Shown here: positions 52,320 to 61,391 of the stretch, in pieces | Position numbering within the stretch: the first letter of the stretch is position 1 | Layout: each line of letters opens with the position of its first letter | Assembly: GCA_934446365.1 (NCBI GenBank) | Contig: CAKSDZ010000002.1 | Span: forward strand, 37,751 to 101,750 | Direction: 5' to 3' | DNA: 64,000 nucleotides | From: an uncultured Eubacteriales bacterium | GTDB taxonomy: Bacteria; Bacillota; Clostridia; Oscillospirales; CAG-272 | The notes under the pieces: generated by a model | Seen by the model: only the letters and a program-made list of their open reading frames with translations | What the model was told of the DNA's origin: nothing | The model's database searches: none | Made by a program: the position numbers and the translations under genes

Positions 52320-52352
52320 AAAAGCCGCACCGCGGCGGAAAGGTCCGTCTAT

Positions 52353-52694
52353 ATGGAAAATTGTCTTTTTTGCAAAATTGCGGCGGGAGAGATTCCGTCT
52401 ACCAAGCTATACGAGGATGAAAAAATTCTCGCATTCCGCGATATCAGCCCACAGGCGCCGGTGCATGTGCTTGTGATTCCGAAAACCCATATCGCTTCGG
52501 TCGATGAGATTTCGCATATGAACAGCGGAATCGTCGCTTACATTTTTGAAAACATTCCGAGAATCGCGAAGCTCGCCGGTATCACGAACGGATACCGTGT
52601 GATTTCCAACTGCGGCGACGACGCCTGCCAAAGCGTCCCTCATCTCCATTTTCACATTCTCGGCGGTGCAAAGCTCGCCGACAAAATGGCGTGA
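52353..52694 (+). CDS. HIT-family (HinT-like) nucleotide hydrolase
   Basis: CLFCKIAAGEIPS...HLHFHILGG histidine triad. Confidence 0.85.
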   Translation: MENCLFCKIAAGEIPSTKLYEDEKILAFRDISPQAPVHVLVIPKTHIASVDEISHMNSGIVAYIFENIPRIAKLAGITNGYRVISNCGDDACQSVPHLHFHILGGAKLADKMA

Positions 52695-52696
52695 CG

Positions 52697-53014
52697 ATGG
52701 CGACCTCGAGCGAATACATCGAATTTGTCTGCGAGCAAATCTCCGGCACAGGCCGTGTGCGATATCGGAAAATGTTCGGAGAATACATGGTTTATATCGA
52801 CGATAAGCCGCTGCTGCTCGTCTGTGACAACACGGTATACGTCAAAAAGCTTGACATACTTGCGGAAATTATAAGGGACTCCGAGCTTGGAGTCCCTTAC
52901 GACGGCGCCAAGGAGCATTACATCCTCGACATCGACAACATTCCGCTCTGTGAAAACGTGATTTCCGTTTTGAAACCAATCACATCTGTCCCAAAAAAGA
53001 AAAGCCAATCCTGA
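52697..53014 (+). CDS. TfoX N-terminal domain family protein
   Basis: YRKMFGEYMVYIDDKPLLLVCDNTVYVK resembles the TfoX_N core. The start could instead be GTG 52691, overlapping the HIT stop (GTGA). Confidence 0.55.
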   Translation: MATSSEYIEFVCEQISGTGRVRYRKMFGEYMVYIDDKPLLLVCDNTVYVKKLDILAEIIRDSELGVPYDGAKEHYILDIDNIPLCENVISVLKPITSVPKKKSQS

Positions 53015-53068
53015 AAAAACGATCGCTTTCCGTGCATCGTTTTTTATTTTACAAAAAGGAGAAGCAAC

Positions 53069-53281
53069 ATGTATATTTATGAATTTGAGAGAATCCATGC
53101 CGGAATGTCCGGCTGGGGAATGATGGGCGGCAACCGCTACGGAACGGAGGAATACCGCGCAGTCATCCTATCGCGGGCAAAAAACGGCTGGCGGTATGTC
53201 GGCTTTCTCCCTGCGGTGCAAAGAGGAACCGGCCATATAGAGGAAATAGACCTCATTTTTGAAAAGGAAACCGAAAAATAA
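53069..53281 (+). CDS. small DUF4177-like protein (tentative)
   Basis: 70 aa: MYIYEFERIHAGMSGWGMMG...NGWRYVGFLP...IDLIFEKE. The pattern resembles DUF4177. Confidence 0.45.
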   Translation: MYIYEFERIHAGMSGWGMMGGNRYGTEEYRAVILSRAKNGWRYVGFLPAVQRGTGHIEEIDLIFEKETEK

Positions 53282-53347
53282 CACCGACATGGCAGCGGCG
53301 TCCCCAAGTCTTTCCCGACCTAAATTCCGCAAAAGGAGAGAAAATCC

Positions 53348-53857
53348 ATGGTCATTCTCATTACCGGCGCGTCCCATATCGGAAAAACGGCGCTCGCGCA
53401 ACGGCTGCTCGAACGATATCACTACCCTTATCTTTCCATCGACCATCTGAAAATGGGCCTTATCCGCAGCGGGCAGACCGCGCTGACCCCCGAAGATGAT
53501 GCACTTCTCACGGATTATCTTTGGCCAATCATCCGGGAAATCGTCAAAACCGCGGTCGAAAACGAACAGAATCTGACCATCGAGGGCTGTTATATCCCCG
53601 CCGGCTGGCACCGCGATTTCGAGCAGCTTTATCTCGACCGCATCCGATACTACTGTCTTGTAATGTCGGAGGACTACATAAGCCGCCATTTTTCCGATAT
53701 TCAAAGGTATGCGAATGTCGCGGAAAAGCGGCTCGACGAAGCCCTCGACCCGCAAGCCCTGATTCGGGATAACGCCGCTTATCTCGAAGCCTGCCGTCAA
53801 CACGGATATCGCTGTATCCTAATCGATGACGAATATCACGCGGACATCCTATTGTGA
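53348..53857 (+). CDS. P-loop kinase-like protein (uncharacterised)
   Basis: MVILITGASHIGKTALAQRLL is a Walker A-like motif. AGGAG lies upstream. Confidence 0.5.
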   Translation: MVILITGASHIGKTALAQRLLERYHYPYLSIDHLKMGLIRSGQTALTPEDDALLTDYLWPIIREIVKTAVENEQNLTIEGCYIPAGWHRDFEQLYLDRIRYYCLVMSEDYISRHFSDIQRYANVAEKRLDEALDPQALIRDNAAYLEACRQHGYRCILIDDEYHADILL

Positions 53858-53872
53858 GTCACATGTATCGGC

Positions 53873-53918
53873 AAAAAAGCCCCGCGCAAAGGGAATACCC
53901 TCTGCGCGGGGCTTTTAT
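53873..53918. terminator. bidirectional rho-independent terminator
   Basis: AAAAAA-GCCCCGCGCA...TGCGCGGGGC-TTTTAT, between convergent genes. Confidence 0.7.
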
Positions 53919-53950
53919 ACTGCGCGCAAGCACGCTTCAAGCGAAGCAAA

Positions 53951-56359
53951 TCATGCCCGCTTCAATTTCGCATAAGTCGCCATCAGCTTTTTGGTTCCGA
54001 CGGTATCAAATGCGATTTCATACAGAATGTCGGCACCCATTTCACGGACGGACATCACCGTTCCCTCGCCGAACATATAATGGCTCACGCGGTCGCCCAT
54101 CAGGAACGTTTCTCCGGATTTCGTCTTTCCGACGTCGCCCGTCAGCGCGGATTTGGTGGTAAATTCGCTGGAAAGCACGTATTTTTTCGTCTTCTCGCCG
54201 AATTCCGTCCGGAATTTCGGTCTCGGCGCCGCAAGCTCCTCGACTTTGTATTCCTCGTCAATCTCATCGAGAAAACGCGATTTCTGGTTATACTGTGTGC
54301 GGCCGTAAAGGAGCCTCTCTCTTGCGCAGAGCGCATATAGACGGTCCTTCGCGCGCGTAATTGCCACATACGCGAGCCGTCTCTCCTCCTCCAGCTCGTC
54401 GGCGGAAAAATTGGACATCTGGCTTGGGAAAATGCCCTCCTCCATGCCCGGCAGGAAAACGACCGGAAATTCAAGGCCTTTCGAGCTGTGAATGGTCATC
54501 AAAACCGCCGCCTCGGCGCTGCCGTCGTAATTGTCGATATCCGTGACAAGGGAAATCTCTTCGAGAAAGCCGTCAAGCGTCGCATTCTCATGAGTTTTCT
54601 CATATTCCATGGCGCTGGACACAAATTCCTCAACGTTCTCGCGTCTTTCGGAGCCTTCCCCGTTTTCCTCCGCTGTGCGCAGCATCGCGAGATAACCGGA
54701 TCTCTCGATTGCGGCGCGCACAATATCGGAAAGCTTCTCCGTCTCCGTCATTTTTTGAAGCGTGAGAATCAGCTCGACAAACGGTGCGAATTTGCTCTGC
54801 GCCTTGGCAATGGTCGGATAATCCGCCGCATGCTCCATCACGCTGAACATACCGTCCTCGGCCGTGCCGCTTTCCGCAATCGCGCGTACCGCCGACATCG
54901 TGGCCTCGCCTATCTTGCGCTTCGGCTCGTTGATGATGCGTTCAAGCCGCAGATTATCGGCCGGATTGCTCACAACGCACAGATAGGCGAGAATGTCTTT
55001 GATTTCCTTGCGCTCATAAAAGCGCCTGCCCCCGACGACGCGGTATGGAATCCCGCTCTTCATGAGCACGTTTTCAATGCTGTTCGACTGCGCATTCGTG
55101 CGGTACAGCACGGCGAAATCGCTGTATTTGCGTTTCTCGCGGATGACAAGCTCCATCATCTTGTTGACGATGAATTTCGCTTCCTCATTTTGATTTTCAA
55201 ACTGCTTGACGAAAACCTTTTCGCCATCGCCCCGCTTCGACCAAAGCTCCTTGCCGCGTCTGCCGAAATTGTGGCGGATAACGGAATTTGCCGCATTCAG
55301 AATCGATTCCGTCGAACGGTAATTCTCCTCGAGCTTGATAATCGCGGCATCCGGCACCTTTTCATCGAAATGCAGGATATTTTCAATGGTTGCGCCGCGG
55401 AATTTATAGATGCTCTGGTCGTCGTCACCGACAACCATGAGATTCCCATATCCGCCGGAAAGCAGAATCGCCAGCTCAAACTGCGCATAATTGGTATCCT
55501 GAAATTCATCTACAAGCACATATTTGAATTTGCGCTGATAATAGGAGCGGACATCCTCATTTTCACGGAGCAGCATCACGGTTTTCATGATGATGTCGTC
55601 AAAATCCACCGCCATGGATTCTTCAAGCCGTCCCTGATACAGCGTATAAAGAGAGGATACCTGTTGGAGCTTATAATCGCTCCCGACCTCCGCGTCGAAA
55701 TCATGCGGGGTCATGAGACGGTTCTTCGCCATGCTGATTTGATTCATGATGAATTTGGCGGGAATCACCTTTTCATCGATGTTCAGCTGCTTCATGCAGT
55801 CCGTGACGACCTTTTTCGTGTCGTCCGTATCGTATATGGTAAAGCGTTTGTCAAAGCCGAGCTTATCCGCATGTGAGCGCAGGATACGCAGGCACATCGA
55901 ATGGAACGTGCCGCACCAAAGGTCCCCTGCGGGGGCGCCGACAAGGTCCGCAAGCCGCGCATTCATCTCCCCCGCCGCCTTATTGGTAAAGGTGATGGCA
56001 AGAATGTTCCACGGCGCCGTATCCGCCATCGAAAAGGAATCCAGCAGCATATCCAGATCCGCATCGCCGCAGGACGTGACGGCGGCTTCCAGCTCTTTCA
56101 CCGACTCTTCGTCGGCAGACGCCGGAACCATGTCGCTTTGATAGGCGTTCCCGTATTTCAATATGTATGCAATCCGATTGACGAGAAGCGTCGTTTTTCC
56201 CGTACCGGCACCGGCAAGCACAAGCAGCGGGCCTTCCACGGTGTAGACCGCTTTTCTCTGCTCCTCATTGAGAAAGCCGTATTTCCGGTCGAAGAGCGCT
56301 CTCTTCGCCGCAAGATACCGTCCTTTCAGTGTTCCGCCTTCTTGGTTTGACATTTTCAT
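53951..56359 (-). CDS. pcrA: UvrD/PcrA-family ATP-dependent DNA helicase
   Basis: LNEEQRKAVYTVEGPLLVLAGAGTGKTT...VDEFQDTN...TIHSSKGLEF...YVAITRAK. The second ATG at 56353 has better SD spacing. Confidence 0.85.
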   Translation of the reverse strand: MKMSNQEGGTLKGRYLAAKRALFDRKYGFLNEEQRKAVYTVEGPLLVLAGAGTGKTTLLVNRIAYILKYGNAYQSDMVPASADEESVKELEAAVTSCGDADLDMLLDSFSMADTAPWNILAITFTNKAAGEMNARLADLVGAPAGDLWCGTFHSMCLRILRSHADKLGFDKRFTIYDTDDTKKVVTDCMKQLNIDEKVIPAKFIMNQISMAKNRLMTPHDFDAEVGSDYKLQQVSSLYTLYQGRLEESMAVDFDDIIMKTVMLLRENEDVRSYYQRKFKYVLVDEFQDTNYAQFELAILLSGGYGNLMVVGDDDQSIYKFRGATIENILHFDEKVPDAAIIKLEENYRSTESILNAANSVIRHNFGRRGKELWSKRGDGEKVFVKQFENQNEEAKFIVNKMMELVIREKRKYSDFAVLYRTNAQSNSIENVLMKSGIPYRVVGGRRFYERKEIKDILAYLCVVSNPADNLRLERIINEPKRKIGEATMSAVRAIAESGTAEDGMFSVMEHAADYPTIAKAQSKFAPFVELILTLQKMTETEKLSDIVRAAIERSGYLAMLRTAEENGEGSERRENVEEFVSSAMEYEKTHENATLDGFLEEISLVTDIDNYDGSAEAAVLMTIHSSKGLEFPVVFLPGMEEGIFPSQMSNFSADELEEERRLAYVAITRAKDRLYALCARERLLYGRTQYNQKSRFLDEIDEEYKVEELAAPRPKFRTEFGEKTKKYVLSSEFTTKSALTGDVGKTKSGETFLMGDRVSHYMFGEGTVMSVREMGADILYEIAFDTVGTKKLMATYAKLKRA

Positions 56360-56417
56360 ACCTTCCGTTTCCTAAATGAGCGATTTTCATACCCTCTTTT
56401 TCTCGCTCTTTGTATTT

Positions 56418-56446
56418 ATTATACAATAAAAATCCCATATAATCAA
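56418..56446 (-). promoter_or_regulatory. sigma-A-type promoter upstream of pcrA
   Basis: On the minus strand: TTGATT (56446-56441), 17-nt spacer, TATAAT (56423-56418). Confidence 0.5.
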
Positions 56447-56762
56447 CATCAAATCGGAATTTTTGTGAAAAACCTCCACAGGAAATTCATGCAAGAGAAC
56501 ATACATTTTAACAAAAATCAGGCAAACAGCAATCCGTAAAGACAGCAAACGGCCCGAGGCACTTCCCCGAGCCGCCGATATTTCATAAACTTTTAATACA
56601 GAGACGCTTATTTTTTTCCGCGTTCTCTCCACGGCGAAACCGCTCTGTCTCCCGATTTCTTTTTCTCTTGCCGAGGAAATTGCCCAAAATAAAAAATATC
56701 AATATAAACTCACATCACAACAATCATCACCATATAGATTCCATAAAAGCCAAAAAATTCAC

Positions 56763-56798
56763 AAAAAAGCGCGGATGCTTTGGCATCCGCGCTTTTTT
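56763..56798. terminator. bidirectional rho-independent terminator after the repeat-protein gene
   Basis: AAAAAA-GCGCGGATGC-TTTG-GCATCCGCGC-TTTTTT. Confidence 0.75.
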
Positions 56799-56806
56799 CT
56801 TATAAA

Positions 56807-59044
56807 TTAAAAGGTTTTTCCTTTGTTTTTATTCTTCGACATAATGAGATAGACAGCAGCGCCCGCGATGGCAAGCGTGACGACTACAATGATGATCGGC
56901 ACCACGATATTCGGACTGTTCTCCTCGCCCTTTGTGACGAAAATCGCATCCACGCCGTTAAGCTCCGAGCCGTCGATGGCGATATCCAGTCCCTTTCTGC
57001 TGTAATTTTCCAGCGTATAGAATGCGTTTCCGCGAAGAACGACAAGAGACACGTCGTAATCCTTGAAAGCAGCATCAATCGAAAGCGTCATTTTCATATC
57101 CGACGCAATGGGAGTTTCTACGCCGTCCACAAGAAGCCTATAAACATAACCTTCATCGAACTCCCGATACTTCTTATACTCCACCGCCACATCGATCGGC
57201 ATCGCTCCGATTTCAAACAGCACATTCTTGGAAGCCGTGGCACCGGTAACATAGAGAGAACCGCTGATGCTTGTGAGCGTCTTCTCGACACCGCTCTTCA
57301 CGGTTTTCGTCACCTCGGAATACCCGCAGATGCTGCAAGTCTTTGTCGTAGTCTTTCCTTTTACCACGGGTTCTCCGAATACATGTCCCGTGCTCGGGTC
57401 AACAGCGCTGTCCACATAACCGCAAAGCTCGCAGACACGTTCCTTCAAGCCGTCCGTAATACAGGTCTTTGCACTGACCACCTTCCATTCGCCATAGGAA
57501 TGTGCGTTCGGATCCACAGCGACCGTTCTCGTCTCACGTTTCCCGCAGACCGAGCAGACACGCTCCTCCGTGCCCGCCGCCTTACAGGTCGGAGCCGCCG
57601 TTACCGTCCATGCCCCCCAGGTGTGAGAAGTAAGCGGGATCGTCTGCGTGTCCTCCTCTGCGCAAAGAGAGCATGTCCGCCTCTCCGTTCCGGTTGAAAC
57701 GCAGGTCGCCTCCTTGGTTGTCACCCAAGAACTCCAGCTATGGCCGGATTTTGCAATTGTTTCCGTATCAACTTCACCACAGATAATACAAATACGCGAT
57801 CTGGTTCCGGTCGATACACACGTAGCTTCTTTTGTGATTGTCCAAGCACCCCAGCTGTGGCCAAGCGGTGCGATAATCTCCGTTTCGATGTCATCACAGA
57901 CCGAGCATCTATGATACCGGCTTCCGGAGGTCGTGCAGCCCGCCTGCACCGTCACCGTCCATTCGCCGAAAGCGTGATCCGCCAGCGGAAGCTCTCGTGT
58001 TTCCGTCGCGCCGCAGGTCGGGCACTCATAAACGGCAGAGCCCTTTGTCGTACAGGTAGAAGCCGTTACGACCCTTTTCAGGGTATAGAGCGCCGAATCG
58101 TGCGCACACTGATTGTCCGCCTCCGAGACCTGTCCGCAAACCGTGCATTTCTGCTTATAAACGCCGTTCTCCAAATAACGTGCGCCCCATGTATGTCCCG
58201 TAGCCGGGGCCAGCGTCCACGAAATCGTCCCGCAAAGCTTGCATTTGTAATAGCCGTAGCCGGCCGTAGTACAAGTCGCGTCCTGTCCTTGGGACGGCGT
58301 ATAGCGCTTGGAATAATCAAAATCATGATCCGTCAGAAGCAAGGTTTCCGTCTTGACAACATAGCCGCAGGTCGTGCAGTACTGCTCGCGCGTGCCGGTG
58401 GTTGTGCAGGTCGCTTCTTTTGTAACTCTCGAATTCGTATTGCTGTGGTTGCAGATATACACGTTGTGCGTCGTCGTCTGCGAGTCAAAGCCGAAAGAAG
58501 TTCCGTCCGCTTTCTTCGCAGCACCGGAGACTGTAATCTCTCTGATGCGCATAAACGAGAGATCAAGCCACTTCGTATCGACCGGATAGGTGATGGTAAA
58601 AGAACCCGTAGGCGACCGGGAATCCTCTCCTGCGTCCGGAATCGTAATCGTAACCGTCGATACGGAGGCAGTGCCGGCTACCGAAACAAAAGATGATTGT
58701 GAAAGAAACTCTCCGAATAAATAGCCGCTTACGGACGTAGGCCTTTCGAGCGTACTGACCGGTGCCGTCACAACAACGGTTCCGCCGCTGATTTTATTTC
58801 CCGTTTTGGAGCCGACCGAAAATGTCACAGTGAGGGTTTGCAGGGTTTCATTATAGGCACTGCCCGTCACCTCCGCATACAACTGCTCCGTATCGTCATC
58901 CGCGGCGAGAACAGCATGTCCGGAACGACTGTGATCATGGTCACACGCGTCATGCGTGTCGACCGCGGCATTTTCAAATCCGTATGTACCGAAGCAAACC
59001 AAGCACACGGAAAACGCCAGCAGAAACGCTAAAAATTTTTTCAT
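56807..59044 (-). CDS. surface protein with signal peptide, Ig-like N-terminal region, about 10 tandem Cys3-His repeats, beta-rich domain and C-terminal TM anchor
   Basis: Start at MKKFLAFLLAFSVCLVCFG with GGAGGAG upstream. C-terminus is IVVPIIIVVVTLAIAGAAVYLIMSKNKNKGKTF. The repeat array is described under findings. Confidence 0.7.
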   Translation of the reverse strand: MKKFLAFLLAFSVCLVCFGTYGFENAAVDTHDACDHDHSRSGHAVLAADDDTEQLYAEVTGSAYNETLQTLTVTFSVGSKTGNKISGGTVVVTAPVSTLERPTSVSGYLFGEFLSQSSFVSVAGTASVSTVTITIPDAGEDSRSPTGSFTITYPVDTKWLDLSFMRIREITVSGAAKKADGTSFGFDSQTTTHNVYICNHSNTNSRVTKEATCTTTGTREQYCTTCGYVVKTETLLLTDHDFDYSKRYTPSQGQDATCTTAGYGYYKCKLCGTISWTLAPATGHTWGARYLENGVYKQKCTVCGQVSEADNQCAHDSALYTLKRVVTASTCTTKGSAVYECPTCGATETRELPLADHAFGEWTVTVQAGCTTSGSRYHRCSVCDDIETEIIAPLGHSWGAWTITKEATCVSTGTRSRICIICGEVDTETIAKSGHSWSSWVTTKEATCVSTGTERRTCSLCAEEDTQTIPLTSHTWGAWTVTAAPTCKAAGTEERVCSVCGKRETRTVAVDPNAHSYGEWKVVSAKTCITDGLKERVCELCGYVDSAVDPSTGHVFGEPVVKGKTTTKTCSICGYSEVTKTVKSGVEKTLTSISGSLYVTGATASKNVLFEIGAMPIDVAVEYKKYREFDEGYVYRLLVDGVETPIASDMKMTLSIDAAFKDYDVSLVVLRGNAFYTLENYSRKGLDIAIDGSELNGVDAIFVTKGEENSPNIVVPIIIVVVTLAIAGAAVYLIMSKNKNKGKTF
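57299..58468 (-). repeat. coding tandem repeat array (~39-aa unit, 8 full and 2 partial copies)
   Basis: Residues ~193-582 of the ORF. Each unit follows the pattern H-x-[WFY]-[GS]-x-W...T-C-x3-G-x5-C-x2-C-x10-14. Confidence 0.8.
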
Positions 59045-59209
59045 AGTTTCTCCTCCGAATTTTGACATTGCGACCGTCGCCCAAAAACGGCGATACAACG
59101 ATGAAATCATGTCCGCCAAATATGCGCTTATCGTGTTCTTCTTCAAGCTGCCGTCCTGAAAAAAACGATAAAATCCGCACTTTTCCGCGGCGGAGCGGCT
59201 ACAAGGGCG

Positions 59210-59238
59210 AAAAAATTCCGAATAAGTTTTATTCGGAA
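59210..59238 (-). terminator. perfect hairpin plus T6 immediately downstream of promoter (attenuator, tiny RNA or operator)
   Basis: On the minus strand: TTCCGAATAA-AAC-TTATTCGGAA followed by TTTTTT. It starts about 10 nt after the predicted TSS. Confidence 0.5.
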
Positions 59239-59253
59239 AACAATTCTTATTTC

Positions 59254-59281
59254 ATTATATCCTTTTTTCCGTATTTGTCAA
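59254..59281 (-). promoter_or_regulatory. consensus sigma-A promoter upstream of repeat-protein gene
   Basis: On the minus strand: TTGACA (59281-59276), 16-nt spacer, TATAAT (59259-59254). Confidence 0.6.
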
Positions 59282-59683
59282 GCTGTTTTGCATATCTTTC
59301 ACACATCAAGGCCTTTTCCCGCCGCCGCTTTCATCCGTCCGCCGACGCCAAATAAGCTGTTCCATGCTGAAATTCGGGAAAACAAATTCCACGTTTTTCC
59401 GTATAAATTTCCGTCGGTTCCCTTCATGAAAGGAAAATATGCGGAATGCACTCTGCGCCGGAAAGAGGGCACGAAGACAAAAAGCCGACCATTCTCCAAA
59501 CTTCTTAAAGATTCCTTAAAATTTTGGCAAATTCGTTTTTCCTATTGTGTTATCGAAAAATTTGTAATATAATGTAGGAAATAGAAAAATGCGGCTTTCT
59601 TTCCGCTTGTAAGACGGCTGCAATCTCCCACAAATTTCGACGCGGCATTTCCCGCGCTGCAAAGGAAAGGAACGGTTCATCAC

Positions 59684-60796
59684 ATGAATTCAAACGGAAG
59701 ACCCACCGGCGGGTATACATATAAAGATGAAAGGCAAGGAAATGCCGTAAAGCAAGCCCGCACGGGGCAGCCGCCGCGCAAAAAGAAGCTCCGATTTAAA
59801 CCCAATAAGGACGGCATGCTGGCACTCGCGGCACTCGTGCTCATCGCCGTCGTCGTCATCGTCCTGCTCGTGCTCACAATCAAGGCGATTGCCGGAGCCG
59901 TCTCCTCCGGCAGCAGCGACGAAACCTCCTCGTCCGCCGACACGACTGCGGAAATTCCTGTCGTCAAGGCATGGCACGAGGGCTACATACAAAAGAGCAT
60001 CTCCTCCTCCGAGGTATCCTCGGGAGAGCTGATTCTCGTCAATTTTGAAAACGTCTATACGCAGACCGACGCGATCGCCTCCAAGCTCACCGCCCTTTAC
60101 GGTACAACGGGACACAACACGCTTTTCGTCCTCAACAACGCCGACGTGAAGGTCCGCCGTGAAATCGTTTCCAATATGCGGGACATGCTTTCCGCCCTGA
60201 TCGCTGCCAATCCCGAAACGCTCGGCACCACCTCCGACAAGGACCGCATTATCCTGTCGAGCGGATATCGCACCACCGACAAACAGACGGAGCTGTATAA
60301 CGAATCGGTTGGGACCTCGGACGAAAATCTCGTTGCGAAGCCGGGATACAGCGAGCATCACACCGGATATGCGATCGACCTCAAAATCTTCACCGCAAAC
60401 GCCAAGACCATCGATATGCGGGAAAACGAGCAGGCCTGGATGGAACAAAACTGCGCCAAATACGGATTTGTCGTCCGGTACGACGGCAGCAAATTCGAGA
60501 AAACGGGCATTCTCGACGAATCGTGGCATTACCGCTATGTAGGCGTTCCGCATGCCACTTATATGATGGAAAACAACCTCTGCTTGGAAGAATATTTGGA
60601 GCTTCTGAAAAATTCGCATGCTTATCCGAACGAGCCGCTCACGGTTTCGGTAAGCGACACGGAATATTTCATTTATTATGTCCCCGTTTCCTCGGATTCC
60701 ACGACTTTCGTTCCGGTTCCGCCGGAATCCGTCGGGACCTATGAAATCTCCGGCAACAACGTGGACGGCTTCATCGTAACGGTCACAAAAAAATAA
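59684..60796 (+). CDS. membrane-anchored VanY-type D-alanyl-D-alanine carboxypeptidase (peptidase M15B)
   Basis: N-terminal TM segment MLALAALVLIAVVVIVLLVLTI. Motifs SGYRT, SEHHTGYAIDL and ESWHYRYVG. Confidence 0.8.
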   Translation: MNSNGRPTGGYTYKDERQGNAVKQARTGQPPRKKKLRFKPNKDGMLALAALVLIAVVVIVLLVLTIKAIAGAVSSGSSDETSSSADTTAEIPVVKAWHEGYIQKSISSSEVSSGELILVNFENVYTQTDAIASKLTALYGTTGHNTLFVLNNADVKVRREIVSNMRDMLSALIAANPETLGTTSDKDRIILSSGYRTTDKQTELYNESVGTSDENLVAKPGYSEHHTGYAIDLKIFTANAKTIDMRENEQAWMEQNCAKYGFVVRYDGSKFEKTGILDESWHYRYVGVPHATYMMENNLCLEEYLELLKNSHAYPNEPLTVSVSDTEYFIYYVPVSSDSTTFVPVPPESVGTYEISGNNVDGFIVTVTKK

Positions 60797-60802
60797 GAAA
60801 TC

Positions 60803-60846
60803 AAATTCCGCCGCGGCGTCCGGTTTCCGGCACGGGCGGAATTTTC
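60803..60846 (+). terminator. hairpin terminator
   Basis: AAATTCCGCC...GGCGGAATTT stem, followed by a T-rich tail. Confidence 0.45.
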
Positions 60847-60875
60847 GTATAACAAGCGGAAAGGAGCGCCCTTTT

Positions 60876-61391
60876 ATGGGAATCACACTGGAAAAAGCAA
60901 ATCGGGACGATATTCCCGCCCTGCTTGCCGTCTGCCGTGCGGCGGCGGCAACCGCCGGCAGCACGTGGGACGACAGCTATCCGAATGCGGAGATTTTATC
61001 CGAGGATGTCGGGCACGGCGCCCTATACAAAATCATGGAGGGAAACGATATCATCGGCCTTCTGTCATGCGGCGAGACCGGCGAGCTTTCCATGCTCTCC
61101 GACCCGGACGCCGGCGCGCATCCGTTTGATTTCGCACGCTTCGGCATTCATCCCCGCTGTCAGGGAAAAGGCTTCGGACACGCGGCGCTTGCTGCGGCCG
61201 TCGGACTTTGCGAAAAGTGCGGCGGCACCGCTGTCCGCGTGCTGGTAAGCCCGGGCAATCCCGCCGCGCTTTGCGTCTATCGAAGGGAGGGCTTTGAAAT
61301 CGTCCGGCACGTCCATCTTTGGGAAAGGGATTACCTATATTGCCGAAAGCGCATTCCCGAATCGTCGACAAGAACACCGGAGGACCTATGA
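60876..61391 (+). CDS. GNAT-family N-acetyltransferase
   Basis: FGIHPRCQGKGFGHAALAAAV...NPAALCVYRREGFEIV is an acetyl-CoA-binding-type motif. Confidence 0.75.
   Translation: MGITLEKANRDDIPALLAVCRAAAATAGSTWDDSYPNAEILSEDVGHGALYKIMEGNDIIGLLSCGETGELSMLSDPDAGAHPFDFARFGIHPRCQGKGFGHAALAAAVGLCEKCGGTAVRVLVSPGNPAALCVYRREGFEIVRHVHLWERDYLYCRKRIPESSTRTPEDL

Noticed and set aside
51737-52330. 197-aa Ser/Ala-rich minus-strand ORF
   Set aside because: It is an antisense reading of the mscL gene, including its GCN/GAA-rich low-complexity tail.
59288-59572. ORFs of 94 aa (+) and 66 aa (-) in the divergent spacer
   Set aside because: They have no RBS, an odd composition (Phe/Lys/Arg/Pro-rich), and they cross promoter elements. 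I treat the region as non-coding.
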